Shown here piece by piece: positions 34,513-42,540 of a stretch of 56,369 nt of DNA (within the stretch, counting starts at the first letter, position 1; each line of letters opens with the position of its first letter). The notes beneath the pieces are model-generated. The model was given only the letters and a program-made list of their open reading frames with translations, was not told the DNA's origin and did no database searches. A program made the position numbers and the translations under genes. The stretch is from a virus (lineage: Duplodnaviria; Caudoviricetes), in the IMG/VR virus record IMGVR_UViG_3300031919_000004, positions 1 through 56,369 of that record, one strand, 5' to 3'.

Positions 34513-35892
34513 ATGGTTGTATTGACCTATCCTATGTTCTCAGTCAAGAACTGTTTGAACAAGGATAGTAACTATATATTTTTAAGGAACACGATACAAG
34601 AAATGCTCCGGCAGAGGGATGACATATATTTCTTATTTGTATTTCCTTCAAATAAGGGATGGAAATATGAGCCTGACCCGGAGTTTTGGAACCATTCGAG
34701 AATTATTCCCGTGCCTATCAAGTTGCCAACGGGGAAGCGGGAAAATGTTGTTCACTTTGATTATTACACATGGAAGCGTATTTTTGACAAATACACGCCG
34801 GATATTATCTGGAACCAAGTGACTGAGATAGGGCACCTATTGAAATACTTTATTAGTACGTTTAATCCGAAGTGTCGGCCTGTGGTCATTAATCAGCACC
34901 ATTATGTTATTCATAAGACCTTGCCTTACTCCGGCATGGAGCATATAAGGGATATGCAACTAATTGGTACGAAGTTGGTTGATTTTAACGTATTCAATAC
35001 CGAATACACTCGGAAAATGTTTGAGGAGACAGCTCATGACCAATTCGATGACGGGTACAGTTACACGGGGGATGTTATTAAATTCGGTCTGTTAAAGCGG
35101 GAATTGTTTGAGCGGTTTGACGTTGGTGACAAGTTTGACACGTTTACCATTATTTACAATCACAGGTTACAGGCGTACAAGAACTACAAAGACACCTTTG
35201 ACCTGTTATATGAGCTTTATAGGGAAGGGTTGAAATTTAAGGCAGTTGTGACGGGGGAAGGTAGCAGGTCACAGCTTTCCGGTTATCCATTCATTGAATT
35301 TAAAGAGGACTTATATGCCTATGAGGATTATATTACTTATATTTCCCAAGGGCATTTAAACGTAACCAACAGTCAATATGAAACATTCTGTATTACAGGT
35401 ATTGAAAGCATGGCACTCGGTCAAGTATTGGTTGCACCAAACGGGGTGACATTCCCTGAATTGGTCAAGCCGGGGTATGAATACCTGTTTAAGAGCAAGA
35501 TTGAACAAAAGGAGAAAATACGGGATCTAATTAATCTGTGGTATGAGGACAGGAAGAAGTTTATTGAGTTGGTGGCTAATATCAAGGAGTACACGCTGGA
35601 CAATTTTACTATTGAGGCGTTTGTTGCTCGTTATTTAGAGCTGTTTGACAGGATGACGTTCTTTGATATGAAGAACAGTCTCAAGCCTCAAAACAAACGG
35701 CACGTTGTAGAGTACCTAAAAAAGAACAAGGTTGCCGTTGATAAATTGCACAATATCTGGCGGGGTTTAATTGATGGGCATTTTGGTGCTCAAGCATTCC
35801 CGCCGTTGAAAATTAAGCGGATACTGAATGAAATGGGGTACAAGGATACTTTCTTCAATAAAGAACAGTATCTAATGCTAAAAAAGGACTGA
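34513..35892 (+). CDS. GT-B fold glycosyltransferase (GT4-like)
   Basis: IIYNHRLQAYKN, SQYETFCITGIESMALG (E-X7-E), TFPELV. Confidence 0.85.
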   Translation: MVVLTYPMFSVKNCLNKDSNYIFLRNTIQEMLRQRDDIYFLFVFPSNKGWKYEPDPEFWNHSRIIPVPIKLPTGKRENVVHFDYYTWKRIFDKYTPDIIWNQVTEIGHLLKYFISTFNPKCRPVVINQHHYVIHKTLPYSGMEHIRDMQLIGTKLVDFNVFNTEYTRKMFEETAHDQFDDGYSYTGDVIKFGLLKRELFERFDVGDKFDTFTIIYNHRLQAYKNYKDTFDLLYELYREGLKFKAVVTGEGSRSQLSGYPFIEFKEDLYAYEDYITYISQGHLNVTNSQYETFCITGIESMALGQVLVAPNGVTFPELVKPGYEYLFKSKIEQKEKIRDLINLWYEDRKKFIELVANIKEYTLDNFTIEAFVARYLELFDRMTFFDMKNSLKPQNKRHVVEYLKKNKVAVDKLHNIWRGLIDGHFGAQAFPPLKIKRILNEMGYKDTFFNKEQYLMLKKD

Positions 35893-35897
35893 ACAGG

Positions 35898-35929
35898 ACT
35901 TAAAAAATAGGGGCAGTTTGTTTTATATA
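35898..35929 (+). promoter_or_regulatory. class II promoter
   Basis: ACTTAA-N18(..TTGT)-TTTATATA. Confidence 0.7.
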
Positions 35930-35960
35930 CAGGTAAGACATAACAAAGGGGAAACCAAAG

Positions 35961-36437
35961 ATGGAAAATGAACCTGTATTAAGTATGCTGATGGGACTCC
36001 CGGCAAGCGGTAAGGATACCTTCATTGAAGCAAGTAACCTAATTAAGCCGGGGGAAAAGGTGATTGAGGTTTGCCCGGACAAAATAAGGCGGGAACATTT
36101 CAACGTCCAATTTGACCCATGCGTTGAGGAGGAAGTCTGGAAAACAGCGTATGAAATGACTGACGAATACCTTGGATTAGGGTGGGAGGTCATTATTAAC
36201 GCTACCAATGTAACACGGGCAAGACGGAAACCGTTTTTGGACATTGCAAAGAAGCATGATGCTTATGTATGCGGAGTGTACTTTGATGTCCCCGAAGAAG
36301 TTTGTCTGGAGCGGAACGCAAAGAGGCCGGACGGGGAAAGGGTTCCAGAGTTTGTGATAAAGCGAATGGCTCAAATGTTGGAACTACCCCAAAAGTCAGA
36401 AGGATTTAATTTTCTAACGGTGATGGGAGGAATATGA
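35961..36437 (+). CDS. P-loop kinase (AAA_33/polynucleotide-kinase-like)
   Basis: GLPASGKDT, CPDKIR, NATN, CLERNAKR...VP. Confidence 0.85.
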   Translation: MENEPVLSMLMGLPASGKDTFIEASNLIKPGEKVIEVCPDKIRREHFNVQFDPCVEEEVWKTAYEMTDEYLGLGWEVIINATNVTRARRKPFLDIAKKHDAYVCGVYFDVPEEVCLERNAKRPDGERVPEFVIKRMAQMLELPQKSEGFNFLTVMGGI

Positions 36438-37318
36438 TGGTTGAAGCGGTTGTATTGGCAGGAGGTAAAGGAGAAAGGTTAAGAGAATTAACGGGCGATA
36501 GGATACCAAAGCCTATGGTTGAGATTAAAGGAGTGCCTTTTCTCCATGCGGTACTAAACAAACTGCGGAGAGAAGGAATACATAGGGTTGTCTTGAGTGT
36601 GGGACACTTGAAAGAAGTCATAATTGACCACTTCGGACACGATTTTTGCGGGATGAAAATTGAATATTGTGTTGAGGATGAACCCCTTGGAACGGGGGGA
36701 GCATTGAAGCAAGCGGGGCAAATGATCAAAAGCAGTAATTTTTTAGTCATTTATGGGGACACGTTACACCGAGCAAATACTGACTCCTTGGTATATATGC
36801 ACGAAACCTATGACCCGTTAATAACAATGCTAACGCCCGTGAGGGAAGGGGGAGACTTCGGAAGGGCAATATATGAGAGTTGGGAAAGTCCTTATATTAC
36901 CCAATTTATTGAAAAGAGTGAGGACGGTTCTCTATTCATTAACGGGGCGACTATGATTGTCAACAAAAAAGTTTTGGAAAGAATACCGGAAGGAAAAAGC
37001 GATTTTAGCTATGATGTATTGCCCATATTAGCGGAGGAACGGCAGATTGTAGGATACCGATATAATGGGTTCTTTGTTGATATAGGGACACCGGAGGCGG
37101 TTGAGGCACTGAAAAAAGAGTTGGGGGAGAGGGGAAGCGTAATGTATAAAGGTTGTGATGAATGTACTGACGGATATAACCATTTTGTTGAAAAAGAGTG
37201 CGGTAAATGCAAACACGCAAAGGTAGCAACCTATAATCCCCCTTATAGGGAGTGCGAAGGATTTGACCTATTTGAACTAAAAGAGGAGGAGGAAAAAAAT
37301 GTGCCAATCTTGCGGTGA
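36434..37318 (+). CDS. sugar-1-phosphate nucleotidyltransferase (HddC/mannose-1-P guanylyltransferase-like) with fused Cys-rich tail
   Basis: LAGGKGERL, PKPM, EDEPLGTGGAL, YGD, FIEK, FVDIGTPE; tail from internal ATG ~37142 has CxxC pairs. Confidence 0.9.
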   Translation: MMVEAVVLAGGKGERLRELTGDRIPKPMVEIKGVPFLHAVLNKLRREGIHRVVLSVGHLKEVIIDHFGHDFCGMKIEYCVEDEPLGTGGALKQAGQMIKSSNFLVIYGDTLHRANTDSLVYMHETYDPLITMLTPVREGGDFGRAIYESWESPYITQFIEKSEDGSLFINGATMIVNKKVLERIPEGKSDFSYDVLPILAEERQIVGYRYNGFFVDIGTPEAVEALKKELGERGSVMYKGCDECTDGYNHFVEKECGKCKHAKVATYNPPYRECEGFDLFELKEEEEKNVPILR

Positions 37319-37644
37319 AGAAAGAAAGTTCAAGTGTGACCTGTCCTGTGATAGTTGTAAATATGAGGATCTGCACGTCTGCGGTCATAAGGACAGGGAC
37401 AAAGAGGATGAGCCTTGTAAATACTGCATGGACTTTGATGAGTGGCAATCTCGATGAGCGACAACCTCAACCGGATATTCACCAAAGTTCGATCTTTGAT
37501 GGACTACGGGAGCAGGTACTTCAAATGAAAGACCGGGCAGACTATGAATTTAATGACGAGGATACCAGACTCGCCGCAAAGGCAGCCTACGGGAATGTAC
37601 TGATGGCTATTGATGATATTATCCTCGGAAAAAGCAGGGGGTGA
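37299..37644 (+). CDS. Cys-rich hypothetical protein, apparently frameshifted near 37449
   Basis: SD GGAGG; MCQSCGEERKFKCDLSCDSC... stops at 37457; adjacent frame continues LDERQPQPDI...GKSRG. Confidence 0.5.
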
Positions 37645-37650
37645 AAATAA

Positions 37651-37818
37651 ATGCCTTTACCTACACCGAAGCGAGGAGAGAAAAGACAGGATTTTATAAA
37701 AAGATGTATGGATAACAGCGTAATGAAAAGGGAATTTAAGGACAAAGACCAGCGATTGGCGGTATGTCATAGTGTTTGGAGTGACAAGAAAGGAGACAGG
37801 AGCCGAAAGGGGCGTTGA
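37651..37818 (+). CDS. conserved small phage protein (55 aa, not in ORF track)
   Basis: MPLPTPKRGEKRQDFIKRCM...DQRLAVCHSVW; SD GGGGGTG. Confidence 0.7.
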   Translation: MPLPTPKRGEKRQDFIKRCMDNSVMKREFKDKDQRLAVCHSVWSDKKGDRSRKGR

Positions 37819-37864
37819 TGAGGGACAATGAGGAGGAAGGCCTATAAAAGAGGGGAGGTAAGAA

Positions 37865-37951
37865 ATGTTCACAGAATTACAACAGGTATTACTACTAATA
37901 GCATTATACTGTCTTGTATTGGTGGCAATATTAGAGGCCGGGGGGAAATAA
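37865..37951 (+). CDS. 28-aa hydrophobic peptide
   Basis: SD GGGAGGT; MFTELQQVLLLIALYCLVLVAILEAGGK; terminator-like hairpin at its 3' end. Confidence 0.55.
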   Translation: MFTELQQVLLLIALYCLVLVAILEAGGK

Positions 37952-37982
37952 TCCTCCGGCTATTTTAATGGGAGAGGTGGCC

Positions 37983-38156
37983 ATGAACAAAATAAAGGAC
38001 ACCATTGAGAGATTGGTGTTTAGTCCTACCTTTCAGACATGGATGAGAATAGAATCAGCAAAAAGGCGGGGACTAATAGAGAAGATAAATAAAAAGGTTG
38101 ATAATTGGATGAAGGAAGAAACCCTAAAGGTAGAGTATTACACACCTTCAGAATAA
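37983..38156 (+). CDS. hypothetical protein
   Basis: SD GAGGTG, 57 aa. Confidence 0.5.
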   Translation: MNKIKDTIERLVFSPTFQTWMRIESAKRRGLIEKINKKVDNWMKEETLKVEYYTPSE

Positions 38157-38220
38157 TTTTCCAATTATTACCGTACTATAAAGGTTCAATTACATTTCCA
38201 TAGAAAGGGGGTTGAGTTCA

Positions 38221-38757
38221 ATGGGGCGACCAAAAGAAGGTGAAACACTTCGTCACAAGGAAGCATTTGAGTATTATTATACTCTTGGCCCAGATAGAAA
38301 CTTAAAGAAGGTAGCAGAACACTTCGGAGTATCCCTCCGTTCCGTAGGTAACTGGAGCAAGAAATATAACTGGATGGAACGGGTAAAACAAAGGGACATT
38401 GAACTCGCTCAAGAAATGCAAGAGCGGAACAATGAAGAAATACTTTCTGAAAAGGCCAAGATAAGAACAATCCTCAAAGCCTTATACAATCAATTGGTAA
38501 AAGACCTGAAAGAAGGCAAGGTCAAGATTAAGAGCGTGAGCGACTTGGAGAAGGTTATTAAATTAGACCTTATGCTTATGGGAGAACCGACAGAGGTTGT
38601 TGATAATAGGGTTGGCCTGACGGTAGAGGATAGAGAAGCCATTGATAAGATGCGGGAAGCGATATGGGCAGATGTTACTGGAGGCAGAACGGAGGACGAA
38701 ATACTTGAAGAAGAAAGCGAAAAGGGGGAGCCGGATGACGGAGAGGGAACTGACTGA
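38221..38757 (+). CDS. terS: terminase small subunit (putative)
   Basis: AFEYY...LKKVAEHFGVSLRSVGNWSKKYNWMER HTH; LMLMGEPTE; upstream of TerL. Confidence 0.75.
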   Translation: MGRPKEGETLRHKEAFEYYYTLGPDRNLKKVAEHFGVSLRSVGNWSKKYNWMERVKQRDIELAQEMQERNNEEILSEKAKIRTILKALYNQLVKDLKEGKVKIKSVSDLEKVIKLDLMLMGEPTEVVDNRVGLTVEDREAIDKMREAIWADVTGGRTEDEILEEESEKGEPDDGEGTD

Positions 38758-38944
38758 AATAGAGGTTGTCTATTTTGGTGAGGGAACAGGCAGATTATGT
38801 GGGGATAAAGAAAGGCGTACTCGTTATGTAGAATTTCCTAACGGGAAGCTATTGCGATTTGATGAGGCCAAGAGTTTAATTTGGAAGTATAAAATAGGAC
38901 GAGTGGTGCTGGACGGGGATTACAAACCGAAAATATTTTGTTAA
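38735..38944 (+). CDS. hypothetical protein
   Basis: SD GGGGGAG, 69 aa. Confidence 0.5.
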   Translation: MTERELTEIEVVYFGEGTGRLCGDKERRTRYVEFPNGKLLRFDEAKSLIWKYKIGRVVLDGDYKPKIFC

Positions 38945-38949
38945 AATGG

Positions 38950-38981
38950 GCTTAAATACGGGAGGCGTTTTGTCATATAAG
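38950..38981 (+). promoter_or_regulatory. class II promoter
   Basis: GCTTAA-N18(..TTGT)-CATATAAG. Confidence 0.7.
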
Positions 38982-39014
38982 ACAATAGGAATAAAAACAA
39001 CAGGAGGGAGAAAG

Positions 39015-39380
39015 ATGGGAGCTAAAATGGTAGGTTGTGACACTTGCAGGTACATTGGGAACAATTCAGCTTGTGAATTCTGCGGGGACGAGAAAAGCGA
39101 ATACAAGCCAAGAGAGGTATCAATGAAACTCAAGTTTTTAGGGAATATGTTTCTGGATGGATTTATTGAAAAGTTGCTGGAGTTAAAGCTCAAGGTTGGA
39201 GGGCACTGGCACGTTGAAACATTCAAAGACAGTGAGGGCAGAATATACGCTGATTTAATGTTAGACGGACTACAACTGAAGGAAATCTTTGAAAAGATTT
39301 TCATTGATGAAGGGGAGCCGGAGGAGGCAGAGGAACAGGACGAAGGTGAGCCGGAAGAATACACCGAAGTGGTAAAGTAA
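39015..39380 (+). CDS. hypothetical protein with N-terminal Cys cluster
   Basis: SD GGAGGG; CDTC...CEFC; acidic tail. Confidence 0.6.
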   Translation: MGAKMVGCDTCRYIGNNSACEFCGDEKSEYKPREVSMKLKFLGNMFLDGFIEKLLELKLKVGGHWHVETFKDSEGRIYADLMLDGLQLKEIFEKIFIDEGEPEEAEEQDEGEPEEYTEVVK

Positions 39381-39412
39381 GGGAATAATAAAAGAGAAAA
39401 CAAGGAAGCACT

Positions 39413-39444
39413 CCTTAATTTTGAGGGGGCTTTTTTCATATATA
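39413..39444 (+). promoter_or_regulatory. class II promoter
   Basis: CCTTAA-N18-CATATATA. Confidence 0.65.
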
Positions 39445-39455
39445 AGGCAGGTGAT

Positions 39456-40883
39456 ATGATGGGCGTATATGCAAAAGACGGATTATACCAAACAGATAGA
39501 AATATATACACGGTGGTAATGTACGGAGATTTCCTTACTGCATGGTGGACGGTGAGCAAGTTTATAACCAAGCGGGAGTTAGAGAAAATACACAAGAACA
39601 TTATGCTCAATATTGTCCTTAATCCCTATACTTTAGATTTAGCTCCCCGTGGTTTTGGTAAGTCAACAATAGGGGATGTTGATTATTGCATTACCAAAAT
39701 ACTCCGTAATCCGGACACAAGGATATTGATAGGCAGTAAAACACAGACACAGGCAGAGGCGTTTGTAAAAGAGGTTAGGACTCATTTAGAACAAAACGAG
39801 GATTTAATTAGGATATTTGGGGGCATGGTTGGCTACCCTTGGAAGGATAAAGAATTTACCGTAAAGAAGCGGAAGCATATTAAGAAGGAAGCGACACTCA
39901 CAGCCTTGGGAGCCAGCGGAGCGGTTATCTCAAAACACTTTGACATTATCATTGCTGATGACTTGGTTGGTTTTGAGAACGCAAGGACGGAGACACAGAG
40001 GGAGAAGCTAAAGGAATGGTTTTATAGTTCATTATTGCCGACATTGGAGCCTGAAGGGGAACTCCATATATTAGGGACACGGTATAACCCGCTTGATTTG
40101 TATGAGGATTTAATCAAGTCTGGCAATTACCGGGCACAGATACAAAGGGCAATACAGCCGGACGGGACGAGTCTTTGGGAGGATAAATTCTCAATCAAAA
40201 AGCTGCGGCAGATTGAAGCGGAGTCTGGTAAGATTATTTTCTCCATGCAGTACCAGAACGAAACGGAACTGGCGAAAGGTTCAATTTTCAAATATAAATA
40301 CTTCAAGTATTATGATGACTACGAGATTGACAGGAGCGGGAATGTATATGTTTCTTACCAAGACAATAACGGCAAGAAATTCAAGAAACCTGTTACTGTC
40401 TATTTTGGGGTTGACTTGGCGATTGAGCAAAAAGAGACTGATGACTTTTATGTTCTTATGGTCATTGGAATTGACGAGGAGAAGAACGTCTTTGTCCTTG
40501 ATTATGTCAGGGATAGGCTAACATTCAATCAGCAATTAAATACGGTTCTACGGTATGCAGATAAGTTTCCAGCGGTGGAGAGGATAGGCATAGAGGCAAA
40601 CGCTTACCAAGCCGCAATGGTGCAGGAATTAAAGAGGCAGACATTATTACCAGTAGTGGGATTAAAGACGGTCAAGGACAAAGTAACGAGGGCAATGAGA
40701 AGGTCAGCAATATTTGAGAACGGCAAGGTCTATTTTAGAACTAATATGGGAGACTTCGAGGAGGAGTTGTTACTATTCCCAGGGGTTGACCATGATGACC
40801 GTTTTGACGCTTTCGACTTTGCCTGTCAAACAAGCGAGAAATCCAGAATACGGGTTTTGGACAGGAGCAAGTTTTCTGTATAA
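39456..40883 (+). CDS. terL: terminase large subunit
   Basis: APRGFGKST, IIADDL, LGTRY, GVDLA, IEAN, HDDRFDA. Confidence 0.93.
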   Translation: MMGVYAKDGLYQTDRNIYTVVMYGDFLTAWWTVSKFITKRELEKIHKNIMLNIVLNPYTLDLAPRGFGKSTIGDVDYCITKILRNPDTRILIGSKTQTQAEAFVKEVRTHLEQNEDLIRIFGGMVGYPWKDKEFTVKKRKHIKKEATLTALGASGAVISKHFDIIIADDLVGFENARTETQREKLKEWFYSSLLPTLEPEGELHILGTRYNPLDLYEDLIKSGNYRAQIQRAIQPDGTSLWEDKFSIKKLRQIEAESGKIIFSMQYQNETELAKGSIFKYKYFKYYDDYEIDRSGNVYVSYQDNNGKKFKKPVTVYFGVDLAIEQKETDDFYVLMVIGIDEEKNVFVLDYVRDRLTFNQQLNTVLRYADKFPAVERIGIEANAYQAAMVQELKRQTLLPVVGLKTVKDKVTRAMRRSAIFENGKVYFRTNMGDFEEELLLFPGVDHDDRFDAFDFACQTSEKSRIRVLDRSKFSV

Positions 40884-41017
40884 AATTAAAATTAAAGAGG
40901 AATTTGGCAGTATTGATGAGGAGGACATTGAGGGATTAAAGCAAATATTTAGCATGTAAGGGAAGGAGAGGTTAAAACCTCTCCTAAAATTTTTCCTAAA
41001 AACTTTTGTAAGATGGG

Positions 41018-41055
41018 TTGACGGGATAATATATTATTTGGTAATATATAATCAA
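41018..41055 (+). promoter_or_regulatory. class I promoter
   Basis: TTGACG-N18-TAATAT, TGGTAATATATAATCAA. Confidence 0.8.
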
Positions 41056-41080
41056 TAAAACAAACGGGAGGCGTTAAAAC

Positions 41081-41557
41081 ATGAGAAACCCACTTTACAA
41101 AGACTACAAGCATAAGCCGGAGGCGATTAAAAGAGTACGGGCGGTTATTAAGGATGGGTATTACAGGAAGAACGAGCGGGGACAACTGAATATGCTGACT
41201 CAACTGCTCAATGAGATATGCGACATTTACGGAGCGACACCGCCGAGCGTAAACTACGGGACACAGCACTTCGGAGCATTTGGAAGCTACAATCCCGGTA
41301 CTCAAACAATCAACCTTTCAAATACAAGCATAGTTACAGCACTCCATGAACTCCGTCATCATTTTCAGCATGCCGAAGGGTTTGGACGAAACGGATACCA
41401 CAGCGAACAGGACGCTCACGGTTGGAGCATAGGACTTTTTGCCAAGGCAGTACCGAAAATGTTCGAGAAAGCGGTAAAAGAGGGCAAGATTGCCGCCTTG
41501 GTATGGGACGAAGAACGGGGAGCGGTAAACAACCCGCACTACCCGCAAATACAATAA
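41081..41557 (+). CDS. zincin-like metallopeptidase domain protein (early cassette)
   Basis: GSYNP...INL, TALHELRHHFQ, SEQDA. Confidence 0.75.
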   Translation: MRNPLYKDYKHKPEAIKRVRAVIKDGYYRKNERGQLNMLTQLLNEICDIYGATPPSVNYGTQHFGAFGSYNPGTQTINLSNTSIVTALHELRHHFQHAEGFGRNGYHSEQDAHGWSIGLFAKAVPKMFEKAVKEGKIAALVWDEERGAVNNPHYPQIQ

Positions 41558-41566
41558 GAAAACAAG

Positions 41567-41591
41567 GCCGGGGGCAAACGCCTCCGGCTTT
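41567..41591 (+). terminator. probable terminator
   Basis: GCCGGGGGC-AAAC-GCCTCCGGC-TTT. Confidence 0.6.
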
Positions 41592-41699
41592 CACATAGGA
41601 GGTGAATTTTGCAGACAACTAAAAATGTAGCAAGGTATAAACATAGACCCGGAGAGCAGGCCTATTTTTATGCACATTTTGAGAATAGGGGGTTTACAA

Positions 41700-42461
41700 A
41701 TGGTTTACCTACAAAACATCACTTACGAGGGATTAGCGGAATATTACCGAAGCGGGATTCCTGAAAGTTTTGTACCTAATGTAAAGTTTAGAACAGAGGA
41801 AGGACACATATTAAAGGGGCAAGACGGGGAACTCATTGAGATTCACCCTTATAACTTATGGGGAATAAGCACAAAACACAATCCAGAGCAGAGCACGGCT
41901 CTTGCTGATATATTGGATGACAGCATTAATCTTATTGCATTGACGGGACACGCAGGGACAGGGAAAACATTTATAGCATTGTTAGGGGCGTTATGGACAG
42001 GGTACAGCAATATTATATTTACAAGGGAAGTCCAGCAGGTGGGAAAAGAAATGGGTTTTTTGAAGGGGGGCATTAATGAAAAGTTTATGCCTTATTTAAG
42101 GCCATTCTTTGATAATATAGAGGTCATTGAGCAATACGCAGGGAAACCGCTGAAGGAGAGAATAACACTTGAGCCTTTACAGTTTATGAGAGGCTCAAGT
42201 TTATTAGATACAGTTTTGATTGTTGACGAAGCTCAAAACTGTTCGGCCGAGACTCTAAAAATGGCAATAAGCCGAGCGGGGAAAGGGAGCAAGGTAATTC
42301 TTTCCGGTTCATTGAACCAAATAGACGGAAACTTTACAAGGGACAATAATGGGCTGGCAACTGTCATAAGGGCATTTACAGGGCAGAGGCTATTTAGCCA
42401 CGTTCATTTAATACATGATGAAAGGAGTGAACTGGCACGATTAGCTGACGAATTACTATAA
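41700..42461 (+). CDS. phoH: PhoH-family ATPase
   Basis: GHAGTGKT, MGFLKG, FMRGSS, IVDEAQN, SRAG, QID, RSELA. Confidence 0.92.
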   Translation: MVYLQNITYEGLAEYYRSGIPESFVPNVKFRTEEGHILKGQDGELIEIHPYNLWGISTKHNPEQSTALADILDDSINLIALTGHAGTGKTFIALLGALWTGYSNIIFTREVQQVGKEMGFLKGGINEKFMPYLRPFFDNIEVIEQYAGKPLKERITLEPLQFMRGSSLLDTVLIVDEAQNCSAETLKMAISRAGKGSKVILSGSLNQIDGNFTRDNNGLATVIRAFTGQRLFSHVHLIHDERSELARLADELL

Positions 42462-42484
42462 ACATGGTTACAATTTAGGTTAAA

Positions 42485-42524
42485 TTACTTGCGTTTTTAC
42501 TTCAAAACTGGTCAATACTATTGA
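42485..42524 (+). promoter_or_regulatory. class III promoter
   Basis: TTACTTGC-N16-TGG-TCAATACTATTGA. Confidence 0.65.
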
Positions 42525-42540
42525 AAGGAGTGAAGTATGT

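Noticed and set aside
17741-40883. Introns or inteins in polA, recA, nrdD, terL
   Set aside because: All are uninterrupted and of ordinary length
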